Position numbers and translations under genes: made by a program
Assembly (NCBI GenBank): GCA_048213135.1
Contig: PS015042.1
Coordinates: 54,242-91,028 of the forward strand
Reading direction: 5' to 3'
Length of the DNA stretch: 36,787 nt
Source: Reclinomonas americana ATCC 50394
Taxonomy: Eukaryota
Shown here: one piece after another, positions 9,739 to 20,100 of the stretch
Numbering within the stretch: position 1 is the stretch's first letter
How the letters are laid out: each line of letters opens with the position of its first letter
The notes under the pieces: generated by a model
Database searches by the model: none
Told to the model about the DNA's origin: nothing
The model's input: only the letters and a program-made list of their open reading frames with translations

Positions 9739-12700
9739 CAAGAAGGACACAAGTAGGCAGACNNNNNNNNNNNNNNNNNNNNNNNNNNNNNNNNNNNNNN
9801 NNNNNNNNNNNNNNNNNNNNNNNNNNNNNNNNNNNNNNNNNNNNNNNNNNNNNNNNNNNNNNNNNNNNNNNNNNNNNNNNNNNNNNNNNNNNNNNNNNNN
9901 NNNNNNNNNNNNNNNNNNNNNNNNNNNNNNNNNNNNNNNNNNNNNNNNNNNNNNNNNNNNNNNNNNNNNNNNNNNNNNNNNNNNNNNNNNNNNNNNNNNN
10001 NNNNNNNNNNNNNNNNNNNNNNNNNNNNNNNNNNNNNNNNNNNNNNNNNNNNNNNNNNNNNNNNNNNNNNNNNNNNNNNNNNNNNNNNNNNNNNNNNNNN
10101 NNNNNNNNNNNNNNNNNNNNNNNNNNNNNNNNNNNNNNNNNNNNNNNNNNNNNNNNNNNNNNNNNNNNNNNNNNNNNNNNNNNNNNNNNNNNNNNNNNNN
10201 NNNNNNNNNNNNNNNNNNNNNNNNNNNNNNNNNNNNNNNNNNNNNNNNNNNNNNNNNNNNNNNNNNNNNNNNNNNNNNNNNNNNNNNNNNNNNNNNNNNN
10301 NNNNNNNNNNNNNNNNNNNNNNNNNNNNNNNNNNNNNNNNNNNNNNNNNNNNNNNNNNNNNNNNNNNNNNNNNNNNNNNNNNNNNNNNNNNNNNNNNNNN
10401 NNNNNNNNNNNNNNNNNNNNNNNNNNNNNNNNNNNNNNNNNNNNNNNNNNNNNNNNNNNNNNNNNNNNNNNNNNNNNNNNNNNNNNNNNNNNNNNNNNNN
10501 NNNNNNNNNNNNNNNNNNNNNNNNNNNNNNNNNNNNNNNNNNNNNNNACATTCACGCACGTACACAAAGAGAAAGAGTGCCAGGAAAAATTCTACAACTG
10601 CGCGTGTGTGTAACACAGAGACAGAAAGACAGACAGAGGGAGGGAGAGAGAGAGAGAGAGAGAGAGCGAGAGCGAGAGCGAGCGACTATCGGCAAGCAGA
10701 CAGGAAGGACACAAGCAGGCAGACACATAGACACACGACAATTGTGCGTGCGTGTGAGAGACAGAGAGTGAGATCGCGCTGTCTGTCTGTCTTGCTGTCT
10801 ATCTAGCACACACGCACAGTTGTCTGTCTGTCTGTCAGGTCTCTCGCTGTCTCTAGCTTTCTGTCTCTCTCTCTCTCTCTCTCTGTCTGTCTGTCTGTGT
10901 CTGTGTCTGTCTGTCTCTCGATCTCTCTCCGACTCGTCCTCTCTGTCTTTTTCTGTCTGACTGCTTGTTTGTCTGTCTGTCTGTCTGTCTGTCTCTTTCT
11001 CTCTCTCTTCCCCTTTCCCCTCTCCTCCCTTTTCCCCTCTCCCTCTCTCTTCCTCTCCCTCCCCTTCCCCTTCAATCACCTTGAATATTAGACAGCGTGG
11101 TCTGCGTGTGCTGCATCGTGTTGCCCTGCTGCAACAACCGCGTCCGCACATCCTCCGCCTCGTTGTGGATCGTATTCATCAAGTTGCTGGAGTCACTGAT
11201 CGACGAGCGCTCGCGCAGNNNNNNNNNNNNNNNNNNNNNNNNNNNNNNNNNNNNNNNNNNNNNNNNNNNNNNNNNNNNNNNNNNNNNNNNNNNNNNNNNN
11301 NNNNNNNNNNNNNNNNNNNNNNNNNNNNNNNNNNNNNNNNNNNNNNNNNNNNNNNNNNNNNNNNNNNNNNNNNNNNNNNNNNNNNNNNNNNNNNNNNNNN
11401 NNNNNNNNNNNNNNNNNNNNNNNNNNNNNNNNNNNNNNNNNNNNNNNNNNNNNNNNNNNNNNNNNNNNNNNNNNNNNNNNNNNNNNNNNNNNNNNNNNNN
11501 NNNNNNNNNNNNNNNNNNNNNNNNNNNNNNNNNNNNNNNNNNNNNNNNNNNNNNNNNNNNNNNNNNNNNNNNNNNNNNNNNNNNNNNNNNNNNNNNNNNN
11601 NNNNNNNNNNNNNNNNNNNNNNNNNNNNNNNNNNNNNNNNNNNNNNNNNNNNNNNNNNNNNNNNNNNNNNNNNNNNNNNNNNNNNNNNNNNNNNNNNNNN
11701 NNNNNNNNNNNNNNNNNNNNNNNNNNNNNNNNNNNGTTGCAGCTCAGCGTGGCCTACGAGCAAGTGACCCGCGTTCTCCGCGAATCGACGGCCACCAACC
11801 CACAGCAGCGCATGTTTGCCCGGCGGTGCTTTGAGCAGATGAAGCATCTGCAGCGGGAGTACGGCAACGTGGAGCTGCTGGTGTACGATTCACGGCAGCG
11901 ATCGCAGCTGCTGGGCGACGGCGGCAGCGGCAGCATGGGCGGCGGCAGCGGCGGTGGCGGCGGGCTGACCACGACGCTGTCGTCGCGCGGTGACACGCTG
12001 NNNNNNNNNNNNNNNNNNNNNNNNNNNNNNNNNNNNNNNNNNNNNNNNNNNNNNNNNNNNNNNNNNNNNNNNNNNNNNNNNNNNNNNNNNNNNNNNNNNN
12101 NNNNNNNNNNNNNNNNNNNNNNNNNNNNNNNNNNNNNNNNNNNNNNNNNNNNNNNNNNNNNNNNNNNNNNNNNNNNNNNNNNNNNNNNNNNNNNNNNNNN
12201 NNNNNNNNNNNNNNNNNNNNNNNNNNNNNNNNNNNNNNNNNNNNNNNNNNNNNNNNNNNNNNNNNNNNNNNNNNGGGGGGGGAAGAGAGAGAGGGGGGAG
12301 GGAAAGAGTGAGTGGCGAGGAGAGAGGAGACGGATGCGGAGCAGGTGACAACTTGTCTCTCTAGCCTCGTGCTTGCGTCAGCTCGACTCTCAGTGATGAG
12401 ACAGAACAGGCAGGCTCACAAGGATGCAGAGCAGCTAACGACTTGTCTCTCTGCGTCGAGCCTGCGTCAGCTCGACTCTCAGTGATGAGACGGAGCAGGC
12501 AGGCTCACAAGGATGCAAAGTAGCTGACAACTAGTCTCTCTGCGCCGTGCTTGCGTCAGCTCGACTCTCAGTGATGAGACGGAGCAGGCAGGCTCATGAA
12601 CTTGCAGAAGCTGACGACTTGTCACTCTGGCCTCGTGCTGCTCACAGCAATCTCTCGATGGTCTCTATGAACTCTCCTTGGTTGCACAGTTGTCTGCCCC

Positions 12701-12879
12701 TCAACCACCTCCATTCCACGTGCTATGCTTTCTTTACAGAGAAAGAGAGAAGAGAGAGGGCGGGAAGGATGCGAAGATTGAAGCAGACAGCCAGCACGTG
12801 GAAAGGATGTGGTTCTGTCTCTCTCCTACACACACACGTACACACTCTCTGGCTGCCTGTCAGTCTCACTGTCTGTCTA

Positions 12880-12916
<37 letters not shown>

Positions 12917-13212
12917 ACTCTCACCAATCTCAGCTCCTCCCTCGTGCGCGCAGCCTGCGCATCCCACACTCCCGAGCGCGCTGCCACCTCCTCATCCACG
13001 CCCGACATCTTACGCGTCGTGACTGTCGCTGACGATGTCGGCGAGTCACCCTGCAATCCCAACAGCGCCGCACTCAACCCGCTGCTCCCGCCATTGTTCA
13101 TCTCGCCCACTGTAGCCGCCGCAGCTGCATCGACTACAGCGCGCGCGCAGGCGGCCTCCCGTGTGCGCCACTCTTTGACAACTGCCGCCCACGTGTCGCT
13201 CCCGTCGCCCAT
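9431..13212 (-). CDS. GOS1: Golgi Qb-SNARE GOS1/GOSR1-like tail-anchored protein
   Basis: Exon 13212-12925 MGDGSDTWAAVVKEWRTRE..; exon 11218-11080 LRERSSISDSSNLMNTIHNEAEDVRTRLLQQ (SNARE motif); exon 9555-9431 [40 protein letters not shown] (basic KKRD patch plus C-terminal TM, typical of GOS1). Splice phases agree. Confidence 0.85.
11737..12000 (+). CDS. GOS1: Internal exon of the GOS1 gene lying in inverted orientation between two N gaps
   Basis: The contig starts with one g, then phase-0 LQLSVAYEQVTRVLRE..HLQREYGNVELLVYDSRQRSQLLG..RGDTL. This fits between exon 1 (..EELRL, phase 0) and LRERSS.. Confidence 0.75.
12341..12640. repeat. 89-bp tandem minisatellite, about 3.3 copies, in GOS1 intron 1
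   Basis: The core GCGTCAGCTCGACTCTCAGTGATGAGAC recurs at 12375, 12464 and 12553 (period 89). Confidence 0.9.
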
Positions 13213-13378
13213 TTTATTTCGCGTGTCACTCAATGCATCGATGCGCAATCGAACGGATGAAGCGCTGAATTGGAACGGAATCCGAGGAGACGGTGAAGCG
13301 CGAGAGCTATTGTACTGCAGAGGGCTGGGCCGGCCTGGCGCGTGCGTACAGGTAAGAATTCGAATTGTGCATCGATCG

Positions 13379-13404
13379 CGAAATCGAATTCGAATTCGAT
13401 TTCG
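13379..13404. repeat. Perfect 26-bp palindrome upstream of GOS1
   Basis: CGAAATCGAATTCGAATTCGATTTCG equals its own reverse complement. Confidence 0.9.
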
Positions 13405-13826
13405 TGTGCGGTTTGCTGTTGCTCGGGCACGAAACCAAGGCGCTGGCACCACTCGCTGCAGTCACTACACTGTGTAACTCTGGATTCGGCTGCAAAGGCA
13501 CCGATCCGATGCGGTGCAAGTAAATCAAAACCGGAATCGATTTCGCTGCGTTCGTCAATGGTCCGGATTGACAGCGTTGGGAACCCCACCAAGGATGCAA
13601 GCTTAGCACTTACATGCACTTTTTGAAAGATGGAATGGTGGCTGCCTTCGGTTTCGAGAAAACCATCGAGAAACATCAAGACAGCTGTTGCTTGTTTGTT
13701 GGTAAATGAATTGTTGTTGGTTTCGACGTCGACACTCTTCGAATTCTCGACTTGCAGCTCAATTGAGGCCGTTCTGCAAGTGGCTTCTGCTGCAGGGCAG
13801 CAGGCCTAGAACCATCTGCCCGGGTT

Positions 13827-14131
13827 GTACCACAGTCGGTCAAGGCGAGCGCTCAAGGTGCAAGGATCCGCAGCGGATCCGATACGCTTGCAATATCGAT
13901 ATCGATATCGATCGCGCGCTTGCGCTGAGCAAGAAACGACTGCTGCACATGCAGGCAGGTCCAAGGGGCCAAGCCGCTTGTACGTGTATATGCTTTTTCC
14001 CTGGCCTGCACGCGATCGATCATGTCGGATCCGGAGCGATATCCGCAGCGGACGTCGACGTCGCGATTGTCAGATCCGGATCCTTGCGCCTTGAGCGCTC
14101 GCCATGGTTACAGAGGCACCGACTGCGGTGC
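13827..14131. mobile_element. Foldback or MITE-like element with nested inverted repeats
   Basis: 27-bp inverted repeat at 13844-13870 / 14077-14103 (1 mismatch); outer 14-bp arm at 13827-13840 / 14118-14131 (2 mismatches); inner arms and palindromes; no clear TSD. Confidence 0.45.
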
Positions 14132-14354
14132 TTCCGTAGCCGCCCACGTATGCATCTGTGTCGCAGTGTGCACGGCTTCTTGCTCTCCTCGCGAGCGCGT
14201 ACGCAACGTTGACTTCTCTCGCTGCGGCTCATGTCTTTCTTCAAACGCCGAACCACGCCACGGTCCTCTTTGCTTGCCACCTGCCACATATTGTTCTCTT
14301 CGCTGCACCAATGCATGTGTTCATGTCCTGCGACTGCTGTTTGCACCTCCACTC

Positions 14355-16528
14355 ATGACGGATTGGAGCAGATCGTCGCCCGGTCTGTACTCCGGTCTGT
14401 ACTCCGCGCGATCGCGCGTCACCGAAGGCTACGCCGAGTACCTCAAGTCATTCAAGCCGAGTTGCGCCACTCTCCATCTCTCTCTCCCTCTCTCCACACA
14501 CACTCATCGCCCGCGCGCGCGCACATCAGAGAGCTTCAGAGACGCCGATCTCATCCCCTCGCCCGCCGACGATCACGGCCGCGTGCCACGCACACGCTTT
14601 CTCTCGTTTGGCGCGCAAGTCTCTCTGATCTCCACCGAGCTCAATGGATTTTGTGCAGGCGAAGGGTGCGCTCGAACATACACTCATCTCTCGTTCTCTC
14701 TCTCTCACGCCTCACGCCTCACTCCCACCAGTGTCAACTGCAACTATGTGGGTGTGCTGGAGAACTCGGCCAGAGACATGACGACTCTGCCACGCACCTT
14801 CAGCGGTGAGTTCCGGACCTGCTCTTCGAATATTTGTTTGATAGCTCTCACAGTTCATCTAGATTGCGTCTTCCAAATCGTGCCCGCACAACGACAAGAG
14901 GCGCAGCGGAAGCTGCAGAAGCGCCTGCTCGATCTCAACCTGCCTGACTTTGATCCAGAGCTGCCGCCTGCCGGCTTGTCCGCAGATCTGGTCGAGGAAC
15001 TGCGTGGATTGGTGGTCCGTCCGTTTCTTCTTCTTCTTGCTTTCTATGTCCCCACTTCTCAGCCGAGGTTCGCGCAGGCCGATGCTCGTCGCGAGATTCG
15101 CGAGAATGCGTTGGAGGAGCGACGATCGGCGACGCGCACGGTCAAGTACGGCGACACGCTGCAGTTGCGACATGTGCGCAGTGGCAAGTACGTGACGGTC
15201 CTCCGCGATGTGTCGGTGTCGGATCCCGATGCGAGTGCGGTGCTGCTGTCGGCGTACTCGACCACCGGGTCGGCGCTGGTGGTGGTGCCGGCGTCGCAGA
15301 CACGCATGCACGGTGACAAGGTGCGCGTGCAGGATGTGGTCAGCTTTATGGGCATGCGATCGCGTCTCTATCTGCACGTCTCCGCCGATCGCCTGCCCAA
15401 CGATCCACGACACGAGATCAACGCGTCGCTGGCGAGCAGTGATATTCAGCTGCGGCACTACGCCTCGTCGGCCTCGTTGACCGACGAGGCCGACCTGTTT
15501 CAGTTTGGTGAGTGCGGGAGTTGTGTTGTGTGAAGGAAATCCGTTGCTCACCGTGCGCTGTGCTCCATTCAGGGTCGGTGTATCGCCTCACACACATGCA
15601 CCGCACTGCGCAATTGTGCGTGGCGCCTGTGAACTTCCAGACCATGCGTTGCGTTGTTTTTGAGGATACGAACGAGGAGACGTTCTCGTTCAAATTTCTT
15701 CTGCCTCATTGCTGCAGCATTCGCACGCTCCAATGTGGGCGACACGCTCCATTGTTGGTTTGAGTTGGAACGCGAGGATCCCACCGTCGGTTCGTATCGT
15801 TGTGCCGCGACATGACGCACGTGAATCTCACTTGGCGTCTACAGGCGGCTCGATGCAAGCGGGTCTCAAGTTCCGCATGCGCTGCTACGCCTCGAATCTG
15901 TTCCTCGCGGCCACCCCGGTGCAGGCCTCTGGTGCGTGTTGTGGTCGCACCGCTTGCGAGTCGCAGTCGCTCACTGTCCTCTGCAGATCCATCACCCGCG
16001 CGACTGCGTGCCGCCAGTTATTTTGCTGCGTCAGGTGCGTGCTAAGAGAGAGGGAAGCCCGGTAGAGAGTGTGTCACACCTTCCTTTCACTCTGGTTCTG
16101 TCGTGTTTCCTGCATTCGTGGCGGGTTCTCGCTTTCTCTTCCGCCCTCGTGGTTCATGTGAAAAGAGTATGCTGTGCGCCTCTCTTCCCTTCCGTCGTAT
16201 CCTCGCTCTCCGTCCGAGTGTTCTCAGCTGTTGGCCAGCTATCTGCTGTGCAAATGTGTGTTGTGCCTTACTTCCCATCCTTCGTATGTTCGCCTCCTTT
16301 CCTGCACTCTCCGTCCGTGTGGTTCGCCTATCTTGCGTGCAAAAAAGTGTCTTCTGCGTCTTTCATCCCTTTCGTCATGTCCTCGCTCTCCGTCCGAGAG
16401 TAGGCAGCTATCTGCGTGCGAGAAAGTTCGTTGTGCGCCTTGCTCTCCGTCGCCCTTTGCACCTGTTCATGCGTGCGTGGTCCCTCTCACTCTCCCTCCC
16501 TCTCGTCCCTCTCCTCCCTGTCCTCCCT

Positions 16529-16575
<47 letters not shown>

Positions 16576-17126
16576 TCGTCTCGTACGACGACGACGACGA
16601 CGGNNNNNNNNNNNNNNNNNNNNNNNNNNNNNNNNNNNNNNNNNNNNNNNNNNNNNNNNNNNNNNNNNNNNNNNNNNNNNNNNNNNNNNNNNNNNNNNNN
16701 NNNNNNNNNNNNNNNNNNNNNNNNNNNNNNNNNNNNNNNNNNNNNNNNNNNNNNNNNNNNNNNNNNNNNNNNNNNNNNNNNNNNNNNNNNNNNNNNNNNN
16801 NNNNNNNNNNNNNNNNNNNNNNNNNNNNNNNNNNNNNNNNNNNNNNNNNNNNNNNNNNNNNNNNNNNNNNNNNNNNNNNNNNNNNNNNNNNNNNNNNNNN
16901 NNNNNNNNNNNNNNNNNNNNNNNNNNNNNNNNNNNNNNNNNNNNNNNNNNNNNNNNNNNNNNNNNNNNNNNNNNNNNNGTACGTCGTCTCGTCGTCGCGT
17001 ACGTACGTTACGTTCGTCGTCGTCGTCGTCTCCGTCCGTCCCGTTCCGTTCCGTCCTCGTTCGTCGTCGTCGTCGTCGTCGTCCGTCCTCCTCCTCCTCC
17101 TCCTCCTCCTCCTCCTCCTCCTCCTC

Positions 17127-17188
<62 letters not shown>

Positions 17189-20100
17189 CTCTCTCCCTCT
17201 CTCATCCTTCTTCTCCCTTTCTCCCTTCTCCCTCAATCCCTCTTCTCCCTTTCCCCCTCTCCTCCCTCCCTTCTCCCTCAATCCCTCTTCCAGTTGGCGT
17301 GCGCAACTTCGAGGCGGCCGATCCCAGCCTCTATGTTGGTGAGTCCCACTGCTGCTCGTTTGCGTATTGCTTCTGTGCCCATCGTTGAAGCACCAGGTAT
17401 CGACCCGCTTGTGCACGAACGCTTGCGTGCGGTCGATGAATCCGTCAACGACATTACGGTGTCGTACGTGAATCCTCTCCGCGAGCATCGGCCAAGTGTG
17501 AGCGCCGGAGCCACGCCCTCCTCCCTCACGCCGTTTGTTCGGAGTGCTCCCACTCCCGCCACTGCTGCTGCTGCGGCACCACCTGCCAGCGGTTCACCCA
17601 CGTCGAAGGAAAGCGACGCACCACCACCGCCGCACGGCTACTTGTTGTACCTGTCTCCTGATCGCACCGATCCCAACACGCTGTTTGAGTTCACGCTGTC
17701 GGAGATTGGAGTACGTGGATCCAAGCAGACGTGACCACTTTCTCGTGTTGAGTGCTCACTTGCACGTTTTCAGACGTTCCTCGACACCAAGGTCGTGGTG
17801 CGGCCTCGCGATTCGGTAAGCTGCTGTCGCCAAGGCTGCTGTTAGACACTGCCTGATTGCGCTCTGCTCAGGTGTGCATCCGGCACTGTACCACCGGTCG
17901 GTATCTCGTCTCGCTTCCACCGCCACCTGCCACCGATTATGAGGCGGAGTCATTCTCGATTGTGACTTCCGAGTGCCCGCCGTCGCATCGTGGTCAGGTA
18001 GGACCTCGAACTCTCCATGTCTCTCTTTCCTCCGTAGTGGATTGGCCACTGACCTTCTTTTGTCCTTCGCGATCTCGGCAGTTGACACTCATCGACAACC
18101 CCACCTTCGCCACTGCGCTGTGGATGATCCAGCAAGCCTCGGACGAGCTGGTGAAGCAGGCCTTTGCGGTGCTCGTGTCGCTGCCGGTGAGACACATTCA
18201 TTGCTTTCGTCGGCTCCCGTCTGAGCTCATTCCCTTCTCACCATCCCAGGATGTGGCCACTCTGCTGGTGCAACTCTCGCGCGGGCGTGTGCCGGCCAGT
18301 TCGCCGCTACTTGCTACCGCGCGCTGGTCGATTGAACGCATGATTGTGTCATGCGTCAAGTCGAGCAATCCGGACCCGTTGACACGCGAAGGCACTCCCG
18401 TCCGCTCGTATCAGGAGCTGCTGCGTCAATCGCAGGTGCTTTATGTGATTACCGAGATTGTCAAGATATTCCCGCGGGTGTGCTACCGTGCAAATATGGA
18501 GACTACTCCGTTTTTTTCATGGGATTTCTTATCGCTCTCCTTGCAGCTGTATGCTGGACGCGAGGTTCTGCAACCGGAGAATGCGCACATGACGTCGCTT
18601 TACGAGTTGGTGTGGCGACTACTACGGCTGTCGGTGCTCGGTTACCCGTTGAATCAGGACTACATACACGACAGTAACGGCGAGTCGGTGTCGCATCACT
18701 TTGGCATATTCGAGAACGCCGTATCGTTTGCCACCGAAGTGTGCGTCGCGATGTCATCGTCTCTTGTTGGCCTTCCCTGTCACTGAGTGTCTGTCGCAGA
18801 GTGCGCAACAACCGACGCCTTCTCACACTACGGGTGTNNNNNNNNNNNNNNNNNNNNNNNNNNNNNNNNNNNNNNNNNNNNNNNNNNNNNNNNNNNNNNN
18901 NNNNNNNNNNNNNNNNNNNNNNNNNNNNNNNNNNNNNNNNNNNNNNNNNNNNNNNNNNNNNNNNNNNNNNNNNNNNNNNNNNNNNNNNNNNNNNNNNNNN
19001 NNNNNNNNNCCTCTCTCTCTCTCCCCGTGCTGATTTTGCGACTGCACAGTGGCTTCGAGGCGATGCGGGTGGCGTGCGAGTTTGATGGTCAAATTCTGCC
19101 CGACAAGCAGATGATGCTGCTGCGACAAGTGCAACGTCTGCAACACGTGTTCTACAAGCTGAAGGTGAGCGCGTGCGCATGAGCCTCTGTCTCCAATCCT
19201 TCACCTGCCACTAACGAGACAGAGCAGATGCACACGGACGGCGTTGTGCACCTGACGGAGGTCGATGACAGGCAGCAGTTGTTGGTGGATGTGCCACTGC
19301 ACGAGTGGGCACAAACGGCCCCGGCTCAGCATGTGCAGTACTTGACGAAGCAAATATCCGTGATGGCAGTACTGGCAAAGGTAGGCGGTGTTTGCTGTGT
19401 GTGCCGCTCTGTGATCCAAGGAGTCTAACACGCCGAGGCAGGGTCGCAATGCACACGCGCCAGTTACATTGTCGCATTTCGCGCCGATTCAAGTGGCGCT
19501 GCATTGGTCTGGACCCTCAGCTTGCTCTGAGAGCACGGAGGACGATATCTAACTCACCTTTGTGTATTGCACGCAGCACGTTTGACGCGAATCTGCCGGC
19601 TGGCTTGCGTGCGGCCGTCTGTGATTTCCTGAGTGCAGTGTTTGTCAACCAGCCGCCGTTCCACCCGTCGCCACTGATTCGCATCGTTCGAGTTTCGTGC
19701 CGTCCGCTCATTGATAGTTCACGCGCACGCTCACTTGACGATGCGCAGGTGTGGCAAGACGTGTCAAGTCGCGTGGATCGAGACTTGTCAACGTTATCGT
19801 TCGCGGAGCGCGAGAGCACGCACGCACGCCACGGCATGAACCAGCATCCGTTCATGGTCAGCTTTCCCACCGTCTTGCAGAACATTCGCGCGGTGCTGGT
19901 GGGCCGTGCATCGCTGCCTGCTGTCGTGCTCTGTACGTGCTCATTGTCTCTCTATAGACGGCGCGCACTGAGGCCGACTGGGAGCAATTTGATGAAAACA
20001 CATATCTGGTGCAGGTCAGGATGTTTATTGTCATGTCAGCATCACTTTGCCATTGTCGACACAAGTTTGCTCACGGGCTTTGCTTCTCCTCCCTCGTTCC

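Noticed and set aside
9600-11150. ORFs made of X runs and ER/SL dipeptides (also at 7500-8100, 16100-17400, 34825-36008)
   Set aside because: Artefacts of N gaps and dinucleotide repeats.
12341-12640. Hammerhead ribozyme, C/D snoRNA or CRISPR reading of the 89-bp repeat (contains GTGATGA and CTGA)
   Set aside because: There is no CUGANGA plus GAAA hammerhead core. The C/D-like boxes are antisense to the host gene and CTGA is missing after the first copy. The intervening sequences are homologous to each other, not unique spacers.
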